From a virus (taxonomy: Duplodnaviria > Caudoviricetes): DNA of 64,000 bases. Made by a program: the position numbers and the translations under genes. The notes under the pieces were generated by a model, which searched no databases, had not been told where the DNA came from, and saw only the letters and a program-made list of their open reading frames with translations. Shown here piece by piece: positions 40,523 through 50,934 of the stretch (position 1 is its first letter; every line of letters starts with the position of its first letter). Location of the stretch: positions 12,034 to 76,033 of the IMG/VR virus record IMGVR_UViG_3300012979_000036; one strand, 5' to 3'.

Positions 40523-43500
40523 TTACTTATAATAATACACGTTTAAATTATGAAATTCTAATTTAGAATTAGTTAAAGAAGCATCTTTGTTTGAATATAA
40601 AGAAAGATTAATCCAAGGATTTCTAATTCTATCTAATTTATGTTTAGAATTTTGATCTCGTGGTATATCAGTTCGCCAGATTCTAAACTTCTTTGTAAAA
40701 TTAGGATACTTAACATTGGATATAGAAGTTTCGCCGTATTGATAATCGTTTTCAACAGTTATAGAACCAAAAGGATTGGCTGATATATTCCTATTATCCT
40801 TATTATATAGCTCTGCTATATATTCGATATTGGTAAAAACTTTATCTAAATATGGTTCTGGATTTATTCTGTATGATATTTTATAATCATTAGTGTAATT
40901 TCCAACACTTAATTGAATAGGAGTACAACTAGACGATTCTTTATCTACTTTTTCAGTATCTTTAAAACAATAAGATTCACCTTTATAATTAACAATATTT
41001 GTATTAAGATGATTTATAAAATTTAAAAAACTTGTAAAGTTATTTAAATTTTCATTAAATAATAATGATAAAGTGTCAGTAGTAATATATATGTCTTGTA
41101 ATGAAGAACTATAATTTAAATATTTTATTTTGTCTATGTTGTTTTTAAACCACACAGACATTCCTTTATTGGAAATATTTTTCAATCCTTCACTATTTAT
41201 ACTAAACAAAGATTTATTATATTTATCTATAAAATACAAACCTGAATTACCTTTTACCATTAGCTGTTTATCTTGACACCCTACAGTATCTGTAATAACT
41301 TTATAACCGTCAACTTTACCACTATTAGCTATTTCAATAGGTATACCGTTTTCTGTAGATAATGCTGTTCTATTATTAAAATTAATAGCACTAATAGCCT
41401 TATCTTGAAATGCCAATATAGTATCATTGTTGTTTATAAGTTTAGTTATTTTACCATAAGAACCATTTAAATTAAGAGTACTTGCTAAGGATATGTTTGT
41501 CCAAGTATCAATATTTTCTGTATTAGTTTTAGAAAGAGACCAAGTTATTTGATTATTAAATACTTTATTATAATACTTAGAATCTAAAATATTATAACTA
41601 AAAATATTATTTTCTTGATTATATACTTTATTAGTTAAATTAAAGTTTTGTGGTCTTATATTTAAGATGTTTGTTGTTCCTATATTTTTATCATATCTAC
41701 TTTCAAGATTAATGTGTGTTTCAACCATAAATGATGTTATATCTACTACACTATTAATATCTTCTTCAGTATAAGGATAAGTTTTTAAACAATCCCATCT
41801 TTGAAAATAAGTATCTCCTTCAGCTTTTCCTGTGGGAGTTTCAATGTTAACAGAATTAGTTATTGGTAACCAGTTAATTGCCTCTAAAGCTTTTTCATCG
41901 TAACCTCCATATAAATTATGATAATCTAAATCTTTATACAATTCGGCTAAATAAAGATAAGAATATCCATCAGAATTATACTCTGTAATATCTTTTAAGT
42001 TATAATCTATATCTTTTTCTATGTATTTAAAAGTATAATTATCAAATCTGGTGTCTTTATAAAATTCTATAATAGTACCTTGTTTGTAATCCTCGAAAGA
42101 AGGCATTAAGTTATAACTTCCATCTATAGAATTACCATTAGTTAACTCGCAAAGATCAAATTGTAATCCTATTAACTCTGGAAAATCTGATATAGAATTA
42201 CTATATTTAACATTTCCAATTGTTAAAATATTATTTGTGGTTTCGAACTTAATGATACCTGTTAAACAACCAGGATTAGGATAACCAACTGTAAGATATG
42301 CATTACTAAGCATATTACACAAAAACAAATAAAGAGTGGTAGTTTCCCCATATAAAATATGGTTTATTTTATTTTCTCCAATGTAATGAGTTTTAATAAT
42401 ATTAAAAATATTCTGCACATCATTATCTGTTAATGTGGTGTTTGGAAAATGATAAAATCCGAGTGTTTTAATTTTAGATTTCTTAGAAAGTTTATTAATT
42501 TGCCAAGGATAAGAAGGATTAGTATTAACACCATATATTTCTGAAAAATTTTCATTTTCTTCTTTTAACCAAGGTAGTGTATTTAGTTTAGAGGCTTCTT
42601 TATCTGCCCACAAACTAAATACTACATGAGGTGTAGATTTATATTTGATTCTTACTGGATCAAATGATTTTAAATTATTTACATAATATTCGTTTGTAAA
42701 AGTTAATAATTTATCATAATTTCCAGAATAAAATATTTTATTACCTTTAGACAATTCTACTTGAAGATATTCTATATTATTTGAATCAAAATATTGGGTA
42801 GGACTAATAAAACTTTCCCAAGGTTCTAAATATACAGTATTGTAACTGAATCTTTGTGTAGCAAAAGTTTTCTTTTTTAAATCTGCTATAATATTATCAA
42901 AGCTATTTCCATTGGTTGTATTATAAGTTTCTTCATTTTGACCTATTAAAGAACCTTGTTTATGCCACATGTAAATATTATAATCTATTAAATTTGAAGT
43001 TGGTAAATATCCTCCAAATCCAGTATTACCATCAACTGTATATTCCCAATCAAAATCTCTATATAAAAGATTAGATATTAAAGTTTTTGTAGTTTTAGAA
43101 ATATTACTGTTATTAATAATATTATCTTTATTTATATTATAAGCAGAAGATAGTCCTTTAGTATTTAATTCTATGTTAGCATCCGAATAATTAGAAGTTA
43201 TAGGTACTATTCCTACTATTCTAAAATTTAAATTATTATTTTTAAATATGTTAGTATTATATTCTATATCTGGAGAATGAAATGTTACCAAAGAATTATC
43301 TACATAAAAATTATTCTTTTTAGTTTGTATATTAATATCTAACTTATTATTAACTATGGTTTCATCTTCTTCTACAATTACAGTATAAGCATAACCTCTA
43401 TCTCCGTTAGGTTTATCGTTATTAAAAATACTAGAATATTTTAAAAAATCAAAATCTATCCAAGAGTCACCTAACAATTTAGCTTCGCTTACATTTGATA

Positions 43501-45361
43501 ATTCTTGTTTTGCAAATTTTTTAAATTTTTCAAATGTTACTCCTAAATCTGTTTCTAAGTCTTTAGCTGTATGTGTGGCTATAAATAATCTTACTTCTTC
43601 ATATGTAGTTTTCCAACTACCGTTTTTAAAATTTGCAGATTTTATTAAATATGATATTTTAGATTCATCCCATGTTGGAGGATTATTATTAATATATCTT
43701 CCTCTTCTTACTGCTACAGCACATCCGTGTCCAGGATATGGATGTAAATATATAATTTTTGATGTAAATAAAATAGGTTCATCTCCATCTGTAGATACTC
43801 CACTACCATCATTAACCACTGGAGCAAGACTATTAGTTCCTTGTATTTCATCAGATGTAGAACTCATATGTTGCCAAGAAGCGTTCCCTCCTCTTGGACG
43901 CATTATCCAAGAAGATAAAGAATATACTTTATTGTCTAATCTTTCTTCATAATTAAAAACTGTAGGGCATACTACACCTTGTGCTACAATAGTTCTATCT
44001 TGTGAAGCATCTGCCATTAACAACCTATATTTTTTATAATTTGAAGCAGCGTTTATTATTTCAGGAGTTAAAGTACATACAGGATTGGCTACTGTAGCTA
44101 ATTTAGTAGTTTCATCTATAACAGGGTAAACATCACATATTTTATCTCCTACCCAAATAGGAGAAGTCCATTCTCCTCTTTTAGTTTGAAATTGAATTGC
44201 AAATCTATAAATTTCTGCACTCTTAAAAGTTTTAAATTCTGTAGAACTATTAACAGATTGTCTTTCATATGTATAAAAACCTTTTGTATCTCCTAATGTA
44301 ATAGTTTTATTTCCAAATATCACCAATGAAGATTCTTTAATACCATTATTATCTTTAATAGTATTGTTTATTAATTTTACTAAAGATTCGTCTACAGGAT
44401 TATCTGCTAATTTTATATTTCCAAAAAACAAAGTATTATCTTTTTGTGCTATGGTAGAAGCATAAAACTCTTTTCCTCCTATAAAAAATAAAAGATTGGG
44501 ATCTAAAGAAGACTGATTAGTGTTATTATCAATAATATTTATTGAAGATTGATTTTTTATATTTATGTCTTTAACAATATTAAATTGAATATCTCCATTA
44601 TATGAAGTTCTTTTTACAGAATACAATCGTAAATAATCATAAGATGTATCTATATCATCTATATTTATTTTAAAACTACATTTTAAAATATCTTCAGGAG
44701 AACTTCCTCTGTCAGTATTATCTATATAATTAATGTCAGATGAAGCTAATATAGGAGTTTCTATACCATGTTTATTATAATAAGATACAAAATACTGTAT
44801 TACACCTGCTGGAAACACTCCAGTATTTTTATATTCTTTTGTTACATTTATAGTTGGAAATATAGATATTTCAGGATTAAAATCAAATTGAGTAGAATCA
44901 TCATTATTATAGGTATTTTTTATGTTTATGACTCTGGGATAATTATCATTATCTACCCAATATACTTTTTGGATATTTTCAGACTCATAATATCCTATGC
45001 ATTCTATTTTAGAATTAAACTCTAACTTGCCTTCATATAATACAGTTCCTGTTAATACGTTTTGTATTTCGTCATACTGTAATCTATATATATAATCATT
45101 ATCCCCTTTTGTAAACAATACAATATAATCATTTAAAACACAATGTCCTAAATAATTACCTAATATAACCGTTTTACCATTATCAAGAATAACATTTAAT
45201 TCTTTAGGTTCTTTTTCGTTTATTATAGAAAATAAAGTATTATCATTAAGAGGTGTAATTCTTATATTTATATTTTCAAAAGCAAATTCATTTGTAGCTT
45301 TACTAATAGAAGTATCTTGATACATTCCTCTATTAGTAAATTGTGCTATTTGTTTTTCCAT
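40523..45361 (-). CDS. Tail muzzle / stabilization protein
   Basis: 1612 aa with crAss muzzle hallmarks (GM.QD.S.SK, Y.FAIQFQ, GDTYFQRWDCLKTYP, KFRIWR.DIPRD, RIRNPW); synteny. Confidence 0.8.
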   Translation of the reverse strand: MEKQIAQFTNRGMYQDTSISKATNEFAFENINIRITPLNDNTLFSIINEKEPKELNVILDNGKTVILGNYLGHCVLNDYIVLFTKGDNDYIYRLQYDEIQNVLTGTVLYEGKLEFNSKIECIGYYESENIQKVYWVDNDNYPRVINIKNTYNNDDSTQFDFNPEISIFPTINVTKEYKNTGVFPAGVIQYFVSYYNKHGIETPILASSDINYIDNTDRGSSPEDILKCSFKINIDDIDTSYDYLRLYSVKRTSYNGDIQFNIVKDINIKNQSSINIIDNNTNQSSLDPNLLFFIGGKEFYASTIAQKDNTLFFGNIKLADNPVDESLVKLINNTIKDNNGIKESSLVIFGNKTITLGDTKGFYTYERQSVNSSTEFKTFKSAEIYRFAIQFQTKRGEWTSPIWVGDKICDVYPVIDETTKLATVANPVCTLTPEIINAASNYKKYRLLMADASQDRTIVAQGVVCPTVFNYEERLDNKVYSLSSWIMRPRGGNASWQHMSSTSDEIQGTNSLAPVVNDGSGVSTDGDEPILFTSKIIYLHPYPGHGCAVAVRRGRYINNNPPTWDESKISYLIKSANFKNGSWKTTYEEVRLFIATHTAKDLETDLGVTFEKFKKFAKQELSNVSEAKLLGDSWIDFDFLKYSSIFNNDKPNGDRGYAYTVIVEEDETIVNNKLDINIQTKKNNFYVDNSLVTFHSPDIEYNTNIFKNNNLNFRIVGIVPITSNYSDANIELNTKGLSSAYNINKDNIINNSNISKTTKTLISNLLYRDFDWEYTVDGNTGFGGYLPTSNLIDYNIYMWHKQGSLIGQNEETYNTTNGNSFDNIIADLKKKTFATQRFSYNTVYLEPWESFISPTQYFDSNNIEYLQVELSKGNKIFYSGNYDKLLTFTNEYYVNNLKSFDPVRIKYKSTPHVVFSLWADKEASKLNTLPWLKEENENFSEIYGVNTNPSYPWQINKLSKKSKIKTLGFYHFPNTTLTDNDVQNIFNIIKTHYIGENKINHILYGETTTLYLFLCNMLSNAYLTVGYPNPGCLTGIIKFETTNNILTIGNVKYSNSISDFPELIGLQFDLCELTNGNSIDGSYNLMPSFEDYKQGTIIEFYKDTRFDNYTFKYIEKDIDYNLKDITEYNSDGYSYLYLAELYKDLDYHNLYGGYDEKALEAINWLPITNSVNIETPTGKAEGDTYFQRWDCLKTYPYTEEDINSVVDITSFMVETHINLESRYDKNIGTTNILNIRPQNFNLTNKVYNQENNIFSYNILDSKYYNKVFNNQITWSLSKTNTENIDTWTNISLASTLNLNGSYGKITKLINNNDTILAFQDKAISAINFNNRTALSTENGIPIEIANSGKVDGYKVITDTVGCQDKQLMVKGNSGLYFIDKYNKSLFSINSEGLKNISNKGMSVWFKNNIDKIKYLNYSSSLQDIYITTDTLSLLFNENLNNFTSFLNFINHLNTNIVNYKGESYCFKDTEKVDKESSSCTPIQLSVGNYTNDYKISYRINPEPYLDKVFTNIEYIAELYNKDNRNISANPFGSITVENDYQYGETSISNVKYPNFTKKFRIWRTDIPRDQNSKHKLDRIRNPWINLSLYSNKDASLTNSKLEFHNLNVYYYK

Positions 45362-45363
45362 AA

Positions 45364-46071
45364 TTAATTAATTTTTAAATTCTGTCTAGAACCTAATGTT
45401 TTAAATCCTTTGGAGTGTTCATTTGTTTTAGGAATAATACTTCTCCAAGAATTAAAGAAAGATTCTGCTTTATCGAGAGACATTTTTTGAAACTCTGATT
45501 CACAAGCGCCTACTGCCCAAGCGTACATTTGTTGTGCATTTTGATATATTGCTTGTTGTAATTTGCCCATTTCAAAAAGAATAGTAAACCATTGTAATTT
45601 TATATAAGCTTCTAAAGCTCTTGTAAATTTACTATTATCTGGTATTAACGGATAACCTTCTTCATCAAGAAGAATAGCTTTATAAGATATTTCAATTGTA
45701 CCTTCTTTTATAGAAGTGAATATATATCCTCCTTGAATTTTATAAGTCATATCAAAGTAATTACTATAATCTGACAAATGAAAAGTATCACTTGCATATC
45801 TGAACGCTTTAGATACTGATAATTCTCCGCTTTCTGTTAAAGCTGTTACTAGTCTTACTTGATTCATTTCAAAAAAGTCATCAGGTAATAATCCTTTATG
45901 TTCTATAATTTCAATAGGTTCGCACTTTTCAGTGAAAAAACCACTACATTGAACAATACGCATAAAATCTACAGCATAATCAATAATTGCTTCAAATGAA
46001 ATACCCGCCATCATAGGATTTCTAAGTGTTTTATCAGCAATTTGTTTTAAAGATATATAATTATTTGCCAT
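45364..46071 (-). CDS. Tail ring/adaptor protein (R1-like by synteny)
   Basis: YKIQGGYIFTS...G.IEISYKA...GYPLIPDN; lies just upstream of the muzzle. Confidence 0.65.
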   Translation of the reverse strand: MANNYISLKQIADKTLRNPMMAGISFEAIIDYAVDFMRIVQCSGFFTEKCEPIEIIEHKGLLPDDFFEMNQVRLVTALTESGELSVSKAFRYASDTFHLSDYSNYFDMTYKIQGGYIFTSIKEGTIEISYKAILLDEEGYPLIPDNSKFTRALEAYIKLQWFTILFEMGKLQQAIYQNAQQMYAWAVGACESEFQKMSLDKAESFFNSWRSIIPKTNEHSKGFKTLGSRQNLKIN

Positions 46072-46597
46072 ATGTAAAAGCGTCTATTTTATTTAATTTA
46101 ATATTATTTTTCAAATTAACTTTTAAAAGTCTATTAGGATCAAACTCATAAAAAGTTTTATTATTATATTTAGCCTTTGTTTTATTGTAAAAAACTTTAA
46201 AAGTTTCAGTATTTTCTTGTCTTACTAATTGCTTGTGTTCTTTACACACAGGATTATCATACCATAATTTAAGAGTAGCATTCCAATCAATAGGTAAATT
46301 AGTTTTTATTTTACCGTTTACAAATTTAATAGTATTAGCTATTTTTCTTAATTCTAAACGACCCATTTGTTCTGGTAGTGTTACATCTTTACCTTCAATA
46401 AGAAGATCTCTTAAATCATCGTTAATTAATCTTATAATATGAAGAAATTGACAATCTGTTAAAACATATTTAGAGTCATTTGGTTTTATTTTTCTATAAA
46501 AGCGAAAAGCATCTTTACTACCATAAGAACCTGATACTTTATGATGTCTTTTATTTTTTACTTTTTTTACATTATTTATAAAGTCTTTAAATTCCAT
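46061..46597 (-). CDS. IHF/HU-like DNA-binding protein
   Basis: Basic; LIEGKDVTLPEQMGRLEL resembles the HU/IHF core; conserved position in crAss tail blocks. Confidence 0.6.
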   Translation of the reverse strand: MEFKDFINNVKKVKNKRHHKVSGSYGSKDAFRFYRKIKPNDSKYVLTDCQFLHIIRLINDDLRDLLIEGKDVTLPEQMGRLELRKIANTIKFVNGKIKTNLPIDWNATLKLWYDNPVCKEHKQLVRQENTETFKVFYNKTKAKYNNKTFYEFDPNRLLKVNLKNNIKLNKIDAFTYGK

Positions 46598-47289
46598 TAA
46601 CTTCTAATTTGTTCGTTATAATCTTTTTTCATATTATTAGCTAAATAATTAGCAATAGAAGCCATATCGTCATTAGCATTATTAGTATTATCAGCTGGTC
46701 TATAAGCTGCCCCTAAAAGTTCTTTAACTACTAATTCTAGTACAGTAGTAAGTAATCCTTCTTCTATAGGAAAATTAGAATCTAACCAATCTGATATAGC
46801 ATATCTAGGTTCTTCAAATACTCCTACAATTTTAAAAGTTGTAGGATTAATATAATTATTATCTTCTATCTTTTTATTTTGTACTAATACATAATTATCT
46901 TCATTAATAGCACAATATGTTATTTTCTTTAGATATTTATTATTTCCTGTAAATACAAGTCTTTCTCTAGAAGTAATTTCAAATCTATAATTATAATAAT
47001 CTTCATCATTAGATATAATTCTAGGAATACCTACTTGTAATAAATTAGGAATTTGATTTGTGCTTTTTAAAAAAGGTTTGGTGTTATGGTCCTCTAATGT
47101 AATTGTTAAAGTTTGATAATTACTATATGGCACACTTTTTTTAGGATCATTTCCATAACGTTGTTTTAAAATAAGCGCTCTAAATTTATCTAATAAATAA
47201 GCCACGTGATCTTCTGTATAAGAAAAATCATCACTTGATGCCTTAATTAAATCAAGGCACATATAAATCGCTTCTCTATATGTAGTCAT
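46597..47289 (-). CDS. Tail ring protein (R2-like by synteny)
   Basis: 230 aa; GVFEEP, FPIE...L...VVKEL motif; position in the structural block. Confidence 0.6.
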   Translation of the reverse strand: MTTYREAIYMCLDLIKASSDDFSYTEDHVAYLLDKFRALILKQRYGNDPKKSVPYSNYQTLTITLEDHNTKPFLKSTNQIPNLLQVGIPRIISNDEDYYNYRFEITSRERLVFTGNNKYLKKITYCAINEDNYVLVQNKKIEDNNYINPTTFKIVGVFEEPRYAISDWLDSNFPIEEGLLTTVLELVVKELLGAAYRPADNTNNANDDMASIANYLANNMKKDYNEQIRS

Positions 47290-47304
47290 ATCTATATAAA
47301 ATTA

Positions 47305-47349
47305 AATGTTGTCACAAAGATATAAAAAATATATCAATGTAACAACATT
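47305..47349 (-). promoter_or_regulatory. Promoter (-7 TATCTTTG, 47322-47315) embedded in a 20-bp imperfect palindrome
   Basis: Arms 47305-47324 and 47330-47349 match 17/20 as an inverted repeat. Confidence 0.65.
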
Positions 47350-47372
47350 ATAATTAAACTGTTGAATAAAAT

Positions 47373-47399
47373 AAAAAAGGACTACTTAATGTAGTCCTT
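47373..47399 (-). terminator. Intrinsic terminator
   Basis: AAGGACTAC/GTAGTCCTT stem with a U-tract on the - strand. Confidence 0.8.
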
Positions 47400-47405
47400 A
47401 TATAA

Positions 47406-48305
47406 TTAAGCAGTTGCAATAACTGCTTCACCTTCAGTAACCTTAGTAAAAGTAACTCCTGTAGCCTTTGAGAGGTTAGTAGCAAGGGTATCAAGAGCAC
47501 CCTTAGCACCAGCTATAATCAAATCCTTCTCAGACTTGTAGTCTCCCTCATTAGCTCCTTTGAATGCGTAATGCACAACAAGTACATCGTACTCCTTAGT
47601 AGGAACTACTCTATAATCAGCAGGATTAAGATGATAAGGATAACCCATGTCACGATACTGGTCGCCACGTTCTCCTAATGCAAACCATTCCATTTCAGAA
47701 ACAGCATAACCACTAGGTACAACTACATCAGCAACTGTGCCTTCTGCTTTTTCTGCCCAAGCAACTTCCTCGCCTTCAACCTCAATAAGGTTAGTATAAA
47801 CTTCAAAGTCAGGAAGAATTACAGGCTTAACACCTTTCTTATAATTCTTAGTTACGTCAGCAGCATAAATAACAAGACCACCATCAACGCTTACTTCGAG
47901 TACACCATCTGCTTTAAAAGCCTCCTTAAAAGCCTTTGCAAGGTCATTATAAATATCTGTAGCAATTGTTCCCTTCTTAGCGTGTGCTACTGCTGTCTTA
48001 GTAGTCCAACCTTCAACACCAAGACCAGCTACTTCAGGATAAGAAACTCTAACAACGTAGTCAGCACCTTCAACTACTGCTTCAGCAAGTGTAATAGTTA
48101 CACTCTTATAATGTTTAGCAAGAGCGTCTGCTGTAGTAAGCTTACCCCAAATAACATTTTCAATTTTATCTGATACCCTAACTTCGTTAGAAGCAGTGTC
48201 AGTAAAAGTTACAACTACTGCATTCTCAAGTGGATACTTCTTTACAGCTGCTGATACACCTTCAAGTGCATAGAACTGCATTACCTGATTTGTACTAAAA
48301 TTCAT
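47406..48305 (-). CDS. Auxiliary capsid protein-like
   Basis: 299 aa; strongly biased high-expression codon usage like the MCP; EWFALGERGDQYR..GYP motif; synteny. Confidence 0.65.
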   Translation of the reverse strand: MNFSTNQVMQFYALEGVSAAVKKYPLENAVVVTFTDTASNEVRVSDKIENVIWGKLTTADALAKHYKSVTITLAEAVVEGADYVVRVSYPEVAGLGVEGWTTKTAVAHAKKGTIATDIYNDLAKAFKEAFKADGVLEVSVDGGLVIYAADVTKNYKKGVKPVILPDFEVYTNLIEVEGEEVAWAEKAEGTVADVVVPSGYAVSEMEWFALGERGDQYRDMGYPYHLNPADYRVVPTKEYDVLVVHYAFKGANEGDYKSEKDLIIAGAKGALDTLATNLSKATGVTFTKVTEGEAVIATA

Positions 48306-48324
48306 ATTAAATTAATTTAATAAA

Positions 48325-48996
48325 TTATTTTTGTATAATTGTTTTAGAGGCTATCGCTAAAGCTACAGCTCTATCTAAAATTCTATTATGTAATCCTTCA
48401 TGAAGGACACATTCTGTTTTTACTTCAATTCCATTAATAGAAAGATTTTCTAAATTTATAAGAACTATAGGAGAAGGAGTTTTTAAATAATTTAAAAAAT
48501 AAGAACCATCTTTAATATCTTTTCCTATAATATAAACACTATCTTCATTATCTACTCTTAAACATTTATTAATGTTAAACTTAAATGGATTTTGAAGAGT
48601 TTTATATAAAAAATCTCTATTAATAGGAACTATTAATCTTTCACCAGTATTTAGTTTTAAACTCTCATAAGTTATAAACCAAACATCTTCTGGTAGATTA
48701 AATTTTAGTCTGTCATATCCAGAAAAAGAATCTTTTGTAGGATTATCTATAGTTTCTTCTTTATTTAAACTACTTAAATATCTACGTACTTCTTCTGTTT
48801 GCTCATATGTATTATTACCTGTATTACCTGTATAATAAGTTAATAGTATTTCTTCTTGAGCTTTTGTTAGAAAAACAGACTTTTCATATTCATCAAAAGT
48901 CAAATCTACTGAAGAAAAATCATTACCGAATTCAGGACTGTATTTATAAGAGGCTAATAATACATCAAATGCATTACTAAATTCTTCACAAGTCAT
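48325..48996 (-). CDS. Tail ring protein (R3-like), paralog of the next gene
   Basis: MTCEEFSNAFDVL...EYEKSVFLTKAQ...CVLHEGLHNRILDRAVALA. Confidence 0.7.
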   Translation of the reverse strand: MTCEEFSNAFDVLLASYKYSPEFGNDFSSVDLTFDEYEKSVFLTKAQEEILLTYYTGNTGNNTYEQTEEVRRYLSSLNKEETIDNPTKDSFSGYDRLKFNLPEDVWFITYESLKLNTGERLIVPINRDFLYKTLQNPFKFNINKCLRVDNEDSVYIIGKDIKDGSYFLNYLKTPSPIVLINLENLSINGIEVKTECVLHEGLHNRILDRAVALAIASKTIIQK

Positions 48997-49973
48997 TATT
49001 CACTTCTATTACCTAGTTCTACAGCAGATGTTACATCTCCAGTATAAGCAGCCTTAGCTAATTCAACAGCTCTTTGAAGTATTTCTTGATGTAATATTGG
49101 ATCTAACTCACAAGTAGTTTCGGTACTAACACCGTCAATAGTTAATCCTTCACTTCCAAGATTTTCAAGTATAATAGGTCTTGGGCGTCTTACATATCTA
49201 ATGATATAACTACCTATAGTATCATTAGGTCCTGGGACAATCTGAACTACTGAAGTTGTAGCAGAAACTGTAGTTGTGATATAGCCTTTCATAGTGTCTG
49301 TAGCTGTAATACCATCTGTTGGTAAAGTACTTGATAAAGTACCATCGGCTTTAAGATATTGCCCATCAACAGTTATTCTTTCTACATTACTATCGGTTTT
49401 AGTGCTTATAGTTTTACCGTTTATAAGATTGTATATTTCAGTAAAACTTTTAGATACACTAGCATCTAAAGCTGCAGCCAAATTACCATAATCAGTATAA
49501 GTATAAGAAACACCCTCACCACTAGTAATTAATCTCCAAGCTTGATTTTTAAGAGGCCTTCTAAATGGTTTAGACATTAGTTTATTATACTCATCATAAC
49601 TGAGTGGTAATATAACTAGTCTAACTAAACTACCTTTACGAGTTACATCTACAAACTCATTAATGTATAATAGAATATCAGAAGGTATTGAATAATAACC
49701 TACGTTACTAGCTCCGTGTAAATTAACTGAAGCTGTTACAGCAGTACAACTAGTTGTTTTCATAAGCATTGAAAAGTCCATCTGTCTTTTAGGACTATCA
49801 TCAAAACCTTCTTGATACTTATTACCTTTAGGATTGAAATAATTTTTAATTATTTCGCTTTGAGCTTTAGTTAAGAAAATACTCTTTTCGTATTCTGTTA
49901 ATCCTGGAGCTTGACCACTAGAAATATTATCGTATAGAACATCAAATTCTGTTGAAAATTCTTGAGTAGTCAT
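48996..49973 (-). CDS. Tail ring protein (R4/R5-like) with a Thr/Ser-rich insertion
   Basis: MTTQEFSTEFDVL...EYEKSIFLTKAQ...CELDPILHQEILQRAVELA. Confidence 0.7.
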   Translation of the reverse strand: MTTQEFSTEFDVLYDNISSGQAPGLTEYEKSIFLTKAQSEIIKNYFNPKGNKYQEGFDDSPKRQMDFSMLMKTTSCTAVTASVNLHGASNVGYYSIPSDILLYINEFVDVTRKGSLVRLVILPLSYDEYNKLMSKPFRRPLKNQAWRLITSGEGVSYTYTDYGNLAAALDASVSKSFTEIYNLINGKTISTKTDSNVERITVDGQYLKADGTLSSTLPTDGITATDTMKGYITTTVSATTSVVQIVPGPNDTIGSYIIRYVRRPRPIILENLGSEGLTIDGVSTETTCELDPILHQEILQRAVELAKAAYTGDVTSAVELGNRSE

Positions 49974-49983
49974 ATATAATGTA

Positions 49984-50871
49984 TTAATTATTCAGTTTAG
50001 CTTCTATTGAAAATTTCAATTCTTGATTCTGAGGTAAACTAAGATATTTAGCAGCTATTGTAAAAGTAGGATCTTCATTAGCATTACACATTGGAGAACC
50101 GTCTTCTCTAAAATAATAGTACTCACCTCTCTTAGAAATAAGACCTGCTTCAACAGCCTTCTTAATAAGAACCTTAGCATTAAGAAGAGGATCTGTAATT
50201 GTTTCTAAGAATAGCTTAGGATTTGAATTGATTAAATCAGCAGCTTTAGCCTGTAAGAATTCAATCTTAGTGTTATTATTAACTGGTCTACCATCAACTG
50301 TTTCAACGATACATCTAAGAACATCAAATTTATCTTTGATAGCACCAAACTCTTCATAACACTTCATAGTGTTATTAACTCTATTTCTAGAATCACTAAA
50401 CTCTTCATTAGGCTCCATTATTACATATTCATATGTAGCTTTTCTGTACTCTCTAAGATATTTCATAGAAGGAGCTACAGTTTCTTTATTTGCTAAAAGA
50501 ACTTTATATTTTATGTAATCTTCTGGATTTGACAAATCAAGAATTGTGTCTTGCTTACCGAGTTTAATCAAATAATTATCCCAATAATTATCTTTCTTAT
50601 TATAAACAGAAAGACCATTTACTTCTAAACCTAAAATTTCCTCAAGATAAGACTTTTCATTATCTGTAAGAACATTTTTATAAACACCATTGCTCATTAC
50701 AGGTACTGTAAAACCTCTTACAGAATTATCCATCATACCGCCAAAAGCAACATGCTTTCTATCTGTAATATTATCATTTTCTTTAGGAACAAATCTTATG
50801 ATAACCTTTTCGTTTCTCAAAGGATTAATAGGTTCGTTATTTTCAATAGAATTTTTAATTGTTTTTGCCAT
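49984..50871 (-). CDS. Conserved crAss protein downstream of the major capsid gene
   Basis: 295-aa ORF; LDLSNPEDYIKYKVL motif; synteny. Confidence 0.65.
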   Translation of the reverse strand: MAKTIKNSIENNEPINPLRNEKVIIRFVPKENDNITDRKHVAFGGMMDNSVRGFTVPVMSNGVYKNVLTDNEKSYLEEILGLEVNGLSVYNKKDNYWDNYLIKLGKQDTILDLSNPEDYIKYKVLLANKETVAPSMKYLREYRKATYEYVIMEPNEEFSDSRNRVNNTMKCYEEFGAIKDKFDVLRCIVETVDGRPVNNNTKIEFLQAKAADLINSNPKLFLETITDPLLNAKVLIKKAVEAGLISKRGEYYYFREDGSPMCNANEDPTFTIAAKYLSLPQNQELKFSIEAKLNN

Positions 50872-50894
50872 TATTATCTTCTCCCGTTTTAATT

Positions 50895-50928
50895 AAAAAA
50901 TAAGGGTAGGTGAGAATCACCCACCCTT
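50895..50928 (-). terminator. Intrinsic terminator after the major capsid gene
   Basis: AGGGT-A-GGTGA/TCACC-C-ACCCT stem with a U-tract on the - strand. Confidence 0.75.
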
Positions 50929-50934
50929 TATATT

